Source: Dictyostelium discoideum
Lineage: Eukaryota
DNA length: 64,000 nt
Reading direction: 5' to 3'
Assembly: GCA_000004695.1 (NCBI GenBank)
Contig: CM000153.2
Coordinates: 5,120,001-5,184,000 of the forward strand
The notes beneath the pieces are model-generated. The model saw only the letters and a program-made list of their open reading frames with translations. It ran no database searches and was not told the origin of the DNA. Made by a program: the position numbers and the translations under genes. Shown here one piece after another: positions 51,625-63,892 of this stretch (positions within the stretch are counted from its first letter, which is position 1; each line of letters opens with the position of its first letter).

Positions 51625-54437
51625 TTAATAATATTATTTAAATCTTGAATTTGAGTTTTTAATTGATCGATTTCAGTTTGTTTTTCAAAAGTAACAGATA
51701 AGAACTCAGCGTTTTTATTTTCTAAATCTTGTTGTATTTGAGAAACCTTTGAATCTTGTTCAGATTGTTTAGAGGTAATTTGTTGTAACTCTTGATCCTT
51801 TGAAGTTAATTCATCTTTAACAGATTGTAACTCTTGATCTTTTGAAGATAATTGATCTTTAGTTGATTGTAAATCTGAATCTTTTGAGGATAATTGATCT
51901 TTAACTGATTGTAAATCTGAATCTTTGCTTGATAATTGATCTTTAATTGATTGTAATTCTGAATCTTTTGAAGATAATTGATCTTTAGATGATTGTAACT
52001 CTGAATCTTTAGTTGATAATTGATCTTTAATTGATTGTAATTCAGAATCTTTGCTTGATAATTGATCCTTAGTTGATTGTAACTCTGTATCTTTAGCGGA
52101 TAATTGATCAGTGGTTGAAGATTGACAAGATAATTGATCTTTAGCAGATTGTAACTCTTGATCTTTAGTTGATAATTGATCTTTGGTTGATTGTAACTCT
52201 TGATCTTTTGAAGATAATTGATCTTTAGTTGATTGTAATTCTTGATCTTTTGAAGATAATTGATCTTTAACAGATTGTAAATCAGATTCAATTGATTTAA
52301 TTTGAGTGTCTTTATTTGATAATTGTTCATCTTTTGAAGATAATTGATCTTTGGTTGATTGTAATTCTTGATCCTTTGAAGATAATTGATCCTTAACAGA
52401 TTGTAAATCAGATTCAATTGATTTAATTTGAGAGTCTTTATTTGATAATTGTTCATCCTTTGATTTTAATTCTGAATCCTTGGATAAAAGTTGATCTTTT
52501 ACACTTGATAATTCTGAATCAGTGTTTGATGATTGTGATGAGAGTTGTTCCTTAACACTTGATAACTCTGACTCTAAGCATTTCAATTGTTCATCTTTTG
52601 AAGATAACTCTGAATCTTTTGATTGTAATTGTTGTTGTAAATTGAGTTCAATAGATTTCAATTTTTCATCTTTTGACTCGTTATGTTCTGATTGTTGTTC
52701 AAGTTGAGATTTAACATCTTGTAATTGTTGAAGAGTTTGTTGTAAAGTGAGTTCAACAGATTTCAATTTTTGATCTTTTGATTCACTATCTTCAGATTGT
52801 TGTTCAAGTTGAGATTTAACATTTTGTAACTCTTGATCTTTTGATTGTAATTGTTGGAGGGTTTGTTGTAAATTGAGTTCAACAGATTTCAATTTTTCAT
52901 CTTTTGATTGACTATCTTCAGATTGTTGTTCAAGTAAAGCAGATTGTTTCTTTGAAGTCTCAAGTAACTCTGAATCCTTTGATTGTAATTGATTTTGGAG
53001 TTTTTCAAATTCAGATTGTAATTGGCTCAACTCGGTGATCTTTGATTGTAATGCTTGAGATTCAGTGGATTGATTAGAGGCGAGTTGTTGCTTCAATTGA
53101 CTGATTTCATTTTGTAAATTATTGGTGGTGGTTTGTTGTTCAGATTGTTTTGCCTCTAATTGGTCAACGAGTTTTTCAATTTGGAAATCTTTTTCATCAG
53201 TGATATTTTTATTCATTTTCTCGTACATCTCTAAACGTTCAAGCAATTCAGCTGTACGTTTCTTTTCGTCTTCGTAGGAACGAATCAATTCGGTCTCTTT
53301 GGTGGTGAAACCATTGGTGGCTCTGGTTAACTCTCCAATCTTGGTTTCTTTTTGTGATAATACATTGGTTAAATCATCGACTTTCTCTGTGAATGATGAT
53401 ACTTGTTGTTGAAGTATTACAATTTGTTGTTGATATTTTTGTACCATTATCTCCTTCTCTGCTGAAATATTTGAAAGTTCACTTTGTAATTCAGTGATCT
53501 CTTTCTTTAAATTGGTAGTAGTAGTAGTATTATTACCACCATTTAATGTATAATTATATTGTTGTAAATCATTAGTTGATTGATTAATTGGTGAATTTGA
53601 TTCTGGTGTTTTTTGTTGTGTGGTGGTTGATTTATTTAATTCGATTTGTTGTTCTAATCTCTTTATTTTCTCTAATAAAGTAGTTTCAATATTTTCTTTA
53701 TTGGTGATTTCTTTTTTGTGAGAATCATTCAATAAATTGATTCTAATACTTGATTGTTCTCTTTCTTTTTCAAGTTGATTCTTAATTTCATTGATACTGG
53801 ATTTAAGATTTGAAATTTTTTCAAATTCTGTTGGTGCTGTTTTAACTGTTTTCCAAGTACCATCATTAAAATTGGTTGGTTCTTCTTCTATAATGACATT
53901 TGTAGTGGTGGTGGTAGTATTTTTGATTGGTTGTTTTACTGGTGGTTGTTCAACTTTAGTTGCTTGTTTCTTTGGTGGTGGTTGTTCAACAACTTTCTTT
54001 GGTTCTGCTACTTTCTTTGGTTCCTCTACTTTCTTTGGTTGTTCGACAACTTTCTTTGGTTCTGCTGCTTTCTTTGGTGGTTGTTGTTTTTCAACAACTT
54101 TCTTTGGTTCCTCTACTTTCTTTGGTTGTTGTTCAGTGACAGCTGGTTTAACGACTACTGGTTCAACTACTTTTGGTGATTCAACCTTTACAGTTTCTGA
54201 TTTAACCTCAACTGGTTTGGATGGTTGTTCTTTCTTTTTCTTTTGAGTGGTTGTTTGTTTGGTTGGTTGTTGTTGTTGTTTTTTATTAGTTTTTGATTGT
54301 TTTGGTGTGTTGTTATTAATTGTTTGTTGTTTGGCTAATGCTCCATCAAATATACGTTTTGGTTTGACAACGAAAAATTGATAGAAAAAGTAACCTGCAA
54401 CACAAGCCACAACTGTTAAAACTAATGCTCCTATCAT
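51363..54437 (-). CDS. Membrane-anchored long coiled-coil protein with a Pro/Lys-rich PKKVEEP repeat region and about 20 tandem 14-aa KDQLSSKDxELQS repeats
   Basis: The 1052-aa ORF 51363..54521 begins in homopolymer-derived codons. The likely start is the internal ATG at 54437 (MIGALVLTVVACVAGYFFYQFF, a TM anchor). Heptad-rich coiled-coil sequence runs through the protein (LEKEREQ..., KIGELTRATNGF..., QLQSKDSELLETSKKQ...). Confidence 0.65.
51770..52570 (-). repeat. Tandem 42-bp coding repeats (KDQLSSKDSELQS[IVT]) within the coiled-coil gene
   Basis: The nucleotide units are directly visible (gataattgatctttagttgattgtaactctgaatctt and variants). They also create spurious overlapping ORFs on both strands (51806..52456, 52522..52707). 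Confidence 0.85.
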
Positions 54438-54833
54438 CACTTTTTTTTTTTTTTTTTGGTGAATAAAAAAAAAATAAATAAAAAAAATAAAAAAATAAAA
54501 AAAAAGTAAAAATATTAACATTTGAATGAATTCTTTTTTAAAATATAAAAATTAACAAACCTACCTTTTTTTTTTTTTTTTAATTGTTATACTATATTTT
54601 ATTACTATTAATATTTGTCTATATTGTTTTTTTTTTTTTGTTTTTTTTTTTGTTTTTTTTTTTTTAATATTTTCAGTTCCCTCACAAATATTTATAAAAC
54701 TTTTTTTTTAAAAAAAAAAAAAAAAAAAAAAATTGGTTAGTGATTTAATTTAATTTAACCCAAATTAAAAATAAAAAAAAAAAAATAAAAATAAAAAAAA
54801 CAATTTTATAAAAAAAAAAAAAAAAAAAAAAAA

Positions 54834-54879
<46 letters not shown>

Positions 54880-55349
54880 TGTATCCTTTTTAAGGAGGAA
54901 AGTAAATTTCAATTTAAAGGAAAAAATTTATATTAAAAACAATTTTTTAAAATACACATAGGCCCTAGGGTTTTGAAAAAAATTATTATTGGGGTTTTTG
55001 TTTTTGGAAAAAAATAATCCCCTTTTTTCCCAAGATTTGTAAAACAAAGGGGTTTTTTTTTTTATTTTTTTTTTATTTTTAAAAAAAATAATAATAATAA
55101 TAATAATAAAATGGGGGAGGTAAAAAGGGTTTTTTTTTTTTTTTATTGGTTTTTTTTTTTTTTTTTTTTTTTTCCTTCCTAAAAAAAAAAAATTAAAATT
55201 AAAAATAAAAATAAAGATAAAATAAATAATGATTTAAAATACCTTACAATACCAATATCGAGTTGATAAACTTATGAATCCAATATATAAATATGAACAA
55301 TCAAAAATAATAACAAAAAAAAAAATAAAAAAAAAAAAAAATTTTAAAA

Positions 55350-55385
<36 letters not shown>

Positions 55386-55619
55386 CACATTTTTTTCATT
55401 TTTTTTTTTTTTTCATGTTTTTTTTTTATTTTTATAAAATTCCATCAATTTTTGAACTTCATAAAAAAAAAAAAAAAAAAAAAACACAAAACACAATTTA
55501 TTTAGATCATCAATATTTTAAAATTAGTTGAAAATTTGGTTTTTTAATATAACATGATTTAATAATTAAATAGAAAATCTAAAAACCTCGCAGTAAGTTA
55601 TTCTATAGTGGAGTTAATA

Positions 55620-55621
55620 GA

Positions 55622-55675
<54 letters not shown>
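55620..55675. repeat. (AAT)n microsatellite
   Basis: Eighteen AAT units lie immediately upstream of the 55729 gene. Confidence 0.9.
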
Positions 55676-55677
<2 letters not shown>

Positions 55678-55728
55678 TCTGTTAAATCTTATCTTTAATT
55701 TATATATATAGCTAAATAAATATAAAAC

Positions 55729-56130
55729 ATGGACAAACAAATAAGTAAAATAACAATAGAAAATGACTTTTATTCTGTTGAAAATGTAAGAGCAAATCCA
55801 CATAAACTATTTGTTTTTGGTGATAATAATGCCTCGCGTGGTAAAAAGGGTCAATCTATAATACGTGATTGTCCAAATTCACATGGAATACCAACAAAGA
55901 AGCATCCATCACTTCATCGATCATCGTTCTATACAGATAAAGAATTGAAAGATAATATCAAAAGAATTGATGAATCTATAGCCAAACTTAAAGAACGTTC
56001 ATCAGAATACCAAGAAATAGTGTTACCTGCTGCTGGTCTTGGAACTGGTCTTGCGCGTCTTCAAGAAAGTGCACCAAAAACTTTTGAACATTTACAAAAA
56101 GAATTAAATAAATTAAAACAAACAATTTAA
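55729..56130 (+). CDS. Small intronless protein (133 aa) with an FVFGDNxxSRGKKGQ...PNSHGIPTK motif
   Basis: A clean ORF with non-biased codon composition, isolated between very long A/T tracts. The motif resembles nucleotide-binding Rossmann-like (SLOG/DprA-like) bacterial or phage domains, but I cannot assign a family from sequence alone. Confidence 0.5.
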   Translation: MDKQISKITIENDFYSVENVRANPHKLFVFGDNNASRGKKGQSIIRDCPNSHGIPTKKHPSLHRSSFYTDKELKDNIKRIDESIAKLKERSSEYQEIVLPAAGLGTGLARLQESAPKTFEHLQKELNKLKQTI

Positions 56131-56657
56131 AAAATTAATTGCGTACACATTTATTAAAAATAGAATTATTTTATTTGTATTCTCATTGTGTATTAATACA
56201 CATTCTTCACCCCCTCGTAACTATTTCAAGAATTCTTTGTGAGTGTTTAAAATACGAGTAAACTCAAGACGTTCATTACCTTCAAATACATTAAGAAGAC
56301 AGGAAGTTTAAATTTTATATTTCTAATAGTTGATAATTTCTTTAATACACCCGAGATGTTGTTACAAATGTATGTTTTTTATGTGTGTTGGTTTTTGTGA
56401 AACATTTTTTTTTTTTTTCTTTTTTTTTTTTTTATTTTTTATTGGATTTAATTAAATTAATTCTTTTTTGGGGAAATGAAAAAAAAATAAAAATAAAAAA
56501 AAAAAAACTGAAAAATTAAAAATAAAAAATTAAAAATAAAAAATAAAAAATAAAAAATTAATGTTGCTTAGATAATCAAAAATATCATTTATTAATAAAC
56601 GGTTTATCGATTATCATATTTAAGGTGGGTTAATTTTGTAATGTAAACCATTTTTTT

Positions 56658-56712
<55 letters not shown>

Positions 56713-57437
56713 TACTTCTTTAATTTTTTTTTTATTTTTATTTTTTATTTTATTTTTTTATTTATTTTATTTTTTTAAACCATTAAAAAATTATTAGATA
56801 TAATTTTAAAAACAAATTATTATAAAATTTGTGCTGACCTTTATAAACCCAAATTTTTAATTATTTAATTTTTATTTTTTTTTATTTTTATTTTATTTTT
56901 TATAATTTTTTTTTATTTTTTTTTTTCAATATTGGAAAATTTTTTTTTTTTTTTTTCTTTTTTTCTCAAATTTCCACCACCTTATAAAACTCATTGTAAT
57001 TAATTAAATAACACTAAACCAGAATAATCTATTTTCATTTATTTTTTTCTATTTTTTTTTTTATTTTTTTTTATTTTTTTTATTTTTTTTATTTTTTTTT
57101 TTGTGTGCAATATACATTTTTTTTTTTATTGTTTTGAATTTTTTTTTTTTTTTCATCACCACAATACAACACAACTCACCAAATAAACACACCTTTTCTT
57201 TTTAATGCACATAATAATATCACTTTTTTAAATAACATTAAATCATTAACACATCAAAAATCAAACAAATCATTATTGAAAAAACTCAATTCATAATAAT
57301 ACTTGGTGGTATCCCTCACCTCATTTTCAAAATTTAAAAAAAAAAAAAAAAAAAAAATAAAAAAATAGTATTAAAGGAGATAAACTCCGCTTTGTAAATA
57401 TTGTAAATAAACTCAATTGTATATTAAGAACAAACCC

Positions 57438-57471
<34 letters not shown>

Positions 57472-57492
57472 GAAAAAGAAGAAGAAAAAAAA

Positions 57493-58949
57493 ATGATAGA
57501 CTCAGATACACAATCATCGTTATCGATTTTAATGATGTTAAAAACCAATACTGGTGGAAATACATCAATTATAAAGAATAGAAAGGATTCAGATATTAGT
57601 GATAGTAGTGGTGATGAAGATTATAGATCAAGTTCAAAATCACTTCAAAAACTTTTTATTGGTTTATCAGAAGATTTCACAGTAAGTTATAAATTAGTTT
57701 TTTTTTTTTTTTTTTTTTTTTAATAAAAAAATAATAATATTAATTTTATAATTTTTAGTGCTCAATTTGTTATGAATTATTTGAAAGACCAATTATATTA
57801 CCATGTAATCATAATTTTTGTAAGTCATGTATTGAGGATATGGTAATTGGACAAAAACAAATATTTCATTGTCCATTTTGTAGAACAGAGGTAAAGTTAA
57901 CTGAGAAAGGTGTTGATGGATTACCAGTAAATTCATTTTTATTTACAGCAGTGGAAAAAATGAAAAACGCCAATGCATTTTGTCCAAAGTTTTGTGATAA
58001 TTGTACATCTAAAAAGGTGACAAGAAAATGTGAGACCTGTTCGATATCCTTATGTAAGGCATGTGAGAGTAGCCATGTCGCAAAGAATGGGGGTCACAAA
58101 ACCATCTATTCCGATAGTCACATTGCAAGTGATTTCGATATTGAGACTCATATTAACAAGGATAGCGATATCGATCCACCAACCTATTTACCATTCACCA
58201 TCTCAAGATCACAATGTGTTCAATTATTCCAAAATTGGATTTCATCACTTTGGTTTGCTCCATCCGATCTCAAGGTTAATAAATCGGTGCGTTATATAAA
58301 GCCAATCTACATTCCCTATTGGATATACGAAGCACATACCACCACAAAATATAGCGCAAATGTTTCAACCGGTGGTTCGGGTGTTGTTGGTAGCATCCTC
58401 ACCACTAATCATCATCAACAACAACCAATCTATCATCATCAATTGGCTGGTAAGTTTGATTCTACCAATTGGACTCACAAGGTAAACACAGTTTCAAACA
58501 GATATAGACATGCAACAATTGCAAACACTAAACTAATCGATAAGGATCTATTAACTCAAGTTCAAACTTGGGAAATCAATAACATTCCATCCGTTGATCA
58601 ATCTCAACCTCCCAATCCAAAAATTCAACCTTTGGCCTTTCTCACTGATGAAGCCACTGCTTGGAAAAAGATTGTAGAGGCTAAAATCCTTCAAAAAGAT
58701 AGAGAAGTATGTGAAAATCGTATAAAACTTGGTTGTGGTGTTGGTGGTGTTGCAAAAGATATAGTCATTGAAACTAATCTTACTCGTGTCGCCTCTCAAA
58801 AGGTTTTCCTTCCAGTTTATTTCATTAAATATATCTATGATTCTAAATCTTATACTGTCATTGTAAATGCTCAAAACTCAAAAATCGTTGGTCATAGACC
58901 CTATGCTCAAGGTTTAAGTACAATGTTTAGAATGTTTAAACCAACTTAA
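57493..58949 (+). CDS. RING finger (C3HC4) and B-box zinc-finger protein, TRIM-like; exons 57493-57681 and 57759-58949
   Basis: A phase-0 intron (GTAAGT at 57682, AG at 57757-57758) splits the RING finger. The product reads ...LSEDFT/CSICYELFERPIILPCNHNFCKSCIEDMVIGQKQIFHCPFCR. A B-box follows (FCPKFCDNCTSKKVTRKCETCSISLCKACESSH), then about 270 aa I could not assign. Confidence 0.75.
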
Positions 58950-59443
58950 AAAAAAAAAAATCAAAAAAAAAAAAAAAAATCAAAAAAAATCAAAATATTG
59001 GATTACTTAATCTTAAAATGTTATAAATTATAAATTATAAATATTAAATAATTACTAAAAAAAAAAAAAATAAAAAAAATAAAAAAAAAAATAATAATAA
59101 TAATAATAATAAAAATAATAATAATAATAAAAATAGCAATAAATCAATTGTATACTAACTAAACAATGTAAATAAGAAAAAATAAAACACAAATAGAAAA
59201 ATTACCAAAAATGGATTTTGTTTTTATTTTTATTTTTTTTTTTTTTTTTAATTTTATTTTATTTTTTTAATTTTTTATATTTTTACATATTTTAATAATT
59301 TTTTTTTTTTTTTTTTTTTTTTCCTTTTTTTCTCTTTATACATTTTTTTTTTATTTTTATTTTTATTTTTATTTTTTTTCCTTTGTTCACTAAAATATAA
59401 ATATAAACAACAAATGAATCAATGAATTACAGAAAAGCAAAAA

Positions 59444-60557
59444 ATGATGAGTTCAAAATTCTCAATATTTAATAATAGTTTCATTGGTAGTAGTGAAAAC
59501 AGTAGTAATAAAAATGGTCTTTATATTAATAAAAAAGCAGTTCTTTCACCCTCAACAAAAATTCTTTTATCAAAATCTACACCATCTCTTTCAAAAATAG
59601 TGCCTGCATTTTCATCAACAACAATACAACCAACAACAACATCAACAACAACAAATTTAACCAATGAAAAAGATAAAAGAAAATTAAATGAACTTAAAGA
59701 ATATGTAAAGGTAGCTTTGGATATTTTCTATCAACTTGGATATAATAATTCATTCAAAGTGTATGTATTTCAAAAATTAATATATTAGAATTTCAAAATC
59801 CAACTAATAAAAAAAAAAAAAAAATAAATAAATAAATAAATAAATTTTAGATTATCAAGAGAATCTGGTTTTTATTTTGATTTAAAATTATTTAAAAAAT
59901 ATATTGAAGTTGGTAATTTTGAGGAGAGTGAAAAATATTTATTATCATATTTTTATAGTGGGAATAATAATAATAAAGATAACATTTTCAACATTAAAAA
60001 TGATGATACAGTTAATGAAGATTCAATAAATTATATATTATTTCAATTGTATTTGCATCATTTCATTGAACAATTAGAATCAAAAAACCTTTCAGAAGCC
60101 GAAAAAATATTGAATGAAAAATTAAGAAAGGTTTTAAAAAGTTACAAACATATAAATAATTTGGTTAAATTATTACATGTCGAGGATTTTAGAAAAGAAA
60201 AACAATATAAATTCTTTGATGGTATATATTCAAAAAACAGAGAGAATCTGTATAATAATTTAATACAATCACTTAAGGAATTACCCGATTTCTCTTTTGA
60301 AGATAAAATTTATTTAACAAAACAGTATGTATTATTAATACTTATTTTATACTAATTTTATACTAATCTAATAATAATTTTAATAAGTGAATAATATATT
60401 AATAGCTATTTTTTTTTTTTTTTTCATTCTCACTAGAAATACAATCCCAAAAAGTTTTTGTTGTAATTGTAGTTGCAATAAATGCATATCATTAAAATTT
60501 GGAAGTAATAATAATAATAATAGTAATAATAATAACAATAACAAAAGTGGTAGTAGT

Positions 60558-60634
<77 letters not shown>

Positions 60635-60795
60635 CGACAACAAAACAGAATTGAGAGTCCCTGGCTCAACAGTCAAATCTTCAGCCTTTAGGCGTCCAAC
60701 ACCGACATTCTCTCAAACCAAACATCAAAATTCACAAGAAAACCAAATAAACAAACCTTTTGAACGTGATTTAAAAAATGGACTTGATAATAATG

Positions 60796-60874
<79 letters not shown>

Positions 60875-60905
60875 TAATAACAATAATAATAACAATAATA
60901 ATAAC

Positions 60906-60945
<40 letters not shown>

Positions 60946-61229
60946 GTTATGGCAATGGTGATGATAAAATTATGGGTAATGGTAATAGAAATGGTAATGG
61001 TAATAAAGGTAATGATAATGATGATAATAATAACAGTAATGGTAATAGTAATAAAAGTGATGATAATATTATCATGGATAATGGTAGTAATAATAGTAAT
61101 AATAATGGTAATAAAGGTGATGATAGTAATAGTAATAGTAATGGTAATAGTAATGATAATAGCAATATGGAAGTTCTTGAAGGGATTCAAAATATGGATA
61201 TTGATGACCCAGATCCAACAATTTTTAAT

Positions 61230-61313
<84 letters not shown>

Positions 61314-63581
61314 GCAAGTATTTCTTTCATACAACCATTTAAATTAGGTCCAAAAAAAAGAGAACTCGAGCTTATCGGGGAACAAAAATTCCAGATATCT
61401 CCACTGGACTCACCAAAAGATAGGGTCTTAAAAGAGGAAGTTGAAACCTTACAAAAGAATCACACAAAAACTGAAACCCCATCAACTCAAACAATTCAAG
61501 TATCTGAACCAATTCAATCAAATCAACACCAGTATACTTCAACCAAACGACAAAAACTGGAACTAAAACAATTACCAGCTCGACCACAATCCTCAAAATA
61601 CCCCATACATTCACATCAAAAGTCAATTGATTCACAGATACAATTAAAACTACAAAGTCTACAACAAACAAAACAACAAATGCATACCCAACCATTACTA
61701 AAATATCAACAACCCCAAAAAGCTCAACCCCAAAAAGCTCAACCCCAAAAAGCTCAACCNNNNNNNNNNNNNNNNNNNNNNNNNNNNNNNNNNNNNNNNN
61801 NNNNNNNNNNNNNNNNNNNNNNNNNNNNNNNNNNNNNNNNNNNNNNNNNNNNNNNNNNNACAAGCACAACAATTCGTGAAATCTCAGCAACAACCACAAT
61901 ACACACAACAATACACCTATGGTTATCAAAATCCATATGGAGATCTTCCATATCAACAGCCATTCCCTTATCATACACAATATCAATATCAACCCCAAAT
62001 TCATTACCAAGCCTATCAACCACACTCATATCAATACTATCAATACCCTCCACAATATCCAGCCTATCACTACCCACAACCATATGGTGATCAATATCAA
62101 CAATCCCAACAGTTGCAAGCTCAACAATCACAAACTCAAGCGCAACTTCCAAACACCCAGGACCAAACCCAAAGAGATATTTTATCACTTCCTCAACCAA
62201 TAAAACAGGAACCATATTCAAATAACCAAGTACCATCCCCTCATCCAGAAGCAAATTCACCTACTGTTCTTGACGGAGCTCAAAATATTATTAACCAAGA
62301 ACTTCAAAATTCAAATAATAATAATAATAATAATAATAATAGTGAAAATGATGCAATTATATTAATAAAAACGCCATCACCCATAGTTGATATATCACCA
62401 CCACTATCAGCACCTATAGGTCTAAAAAGAAAATCTTTTGTACCTAAATCCTCAAAAAAAAATATCCAAATTTACAAAACTTATTCAAAAGATTTATTGG
62501 GTCCAATTCAACAAATTGAATTAATTAAGGGATTTAATGAAGAACTACAACAACAACAAAATAATGAAGAAGAAATTTATAATTCATCATTTTGTTTTTT
62601 AAATTGTTCAACAAAGAGGTTCTTTACTGTTAATAGTCAAGGTGTTTATAGTGAAGCTTGTGAATTAAAAATTGATAGTTTCGATATTAGTGCTATTGAA
62701 GGTTTGAAATTGGCCTTGTTAAGAGATCATTCCATACTATTGCTAGGTAGAGGATCTAAAACTCTTGTTTCTTTTCAACTTCCAGGTTTTGTCTCACCAA
62801 GGTACTTAAAGACTGCTCAAGATAATACTAGAGCCATTGAAACAATTCATTCTTGTTCATCAAAATCATTGCTTTATACATCGTTTAGAGATGGTACTTT
62901 AACATTAGAAAAATTTTCTAATCAAGACAGTAACTTTGGATTAGGTTTTGTAAGTAAAGTTAAAGAAAATGAAATAATAACCTCTTTAACCTCAACGAAA
63001 ACAAATATAATATGCTTTTCACCAAGATATATCTCTGTTAGAACTTTGGAAACTTTACAAAAATTAACTGAGTATGTATCTGAAAAACCATTTAAAATGG
63101 TTAGATCTTGCATAGATAAGTATTTAATTGTAGATGATCAAAATATTATGACTGTTTATAATGGATTGAATTGTACTCAAATTTTCACCAGAGTCTTAAA
63201 TGAGGATATTAATGAAATTTCTTTTCTTGTAAGTTTTTAATTTATTTTCTTTAAAATATTGTTTTTTTTAAAATTTTAAAATCAAATTAATATTTTTTTA
63301 AAAATAATTAATAATTTATAATTTATAAAAATTAATTAATAATTAATAATTAATAATTAATAATAAATAATAATTATAAAAAAAAATAGGGAAGCGATAA
63401 TATTGTTTTGTGTCAAAAGGGATTATTTAAGATTTTTTCCTGTGATCAAACATTTATAGAGCAAACATCACATCAACTTGAGGAAAATGAATATGTCACT
63501 GCAATTTCATCACCAGATAATACTACCCTCTTGATTGCAACAAACATTCAATCAAAGTGTTATCACTGTAAATATAAATAA
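59444..63581 (+). CDS. LisH/CTLH-domain protein with long poly-N and poly-Q tracts and a Q/Y/P-rich region; exons 59444-59760, 59851-60324, 60437-63228 (contains an assembly gap), 63390-63581
   Basis: The LisH motif (LNELKEYVKVALDIFYQLGYNNSFK) is split by a phase-2 intron (GTATGT at 59761, AG at 59849-59850). A CTLH-like helical region follows (FYFDLKLFKKYIEVGNFEESEKYL...LYLHHFIEQLESKNLSEAEKIL). A second phase-2 intron has GTATGT at 60325 and a poly-T tract ending CACTAG at 60436. The last intron has GTAAGT at 63229 and AG at 63388-63389. The reading frame across the N-run 61760-61859 cannot be determined. Confidence 0.55.
61760..61859. other. Assembly gap (100 N) inside a coding repeat
   Basis: The N run is preceded by three tandem copies of ccccaaaaagctcaa (encoding PQKAQ). 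Confidence 0.95.
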
Positions 63582-63892
63582 AAAGAAAAATTGTATTAAA
63601 TAGAAAATGAAAAAAAATTATTTTTTAAATTTAAAAAAAAAAAAAAAAAAAAATTTTAAAATATTTTTATTTATTGGTAATTTCCAGCAGCATATATGTA
63701 ATATTATCTTTTAAAAGTAATTAAATATTTATAAATAATGAAAATAAAAAAAAATAAAAAAATAATTGGCTGTAGGTCAAAAAAGTTAAAGTTAAAAAAA
63801 AAAAAAATAATATATTTATTATACATTGTTTATTGAAATTATTTTAAGAATTAATGTGATGACATAATTATTGTGCACAGTTTGGTTTAAGA

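Noticed and set aside
51806-52707. ORFs 51806..52456- and 52522..52707+ inside the coiled-coil gene.
   Set aside because: They are created by the 42-bp tandem repeats and are out of frame with the main 1052-aa ORF, which is continuous.
53791-54246. Plus-strand ORFs 53791..54246 and 53931..54179, antisense to the PKKVEEP-repeat region.
   Set aside because: They are antisense readings of lysine-codon repeats that give F/G/W-rich peptides. The minus-strand gene explains the region.
60380-61334. Several ORFs in the track encode poly-Leu, poly-Ile or poly-Cys proteins on both strands (60380..60676-, 60433..60669-, 60725..60907-, 60771..61334-, 60778..61347+, 60947..61165-).
   Set aside because: They are alternative-frame or antisense readings of the (AAT)n, (CAA)n and (AAC)n coding repeats of the LisH/CTLH gene. 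They have no complexity and no start context, so they are artifacts.
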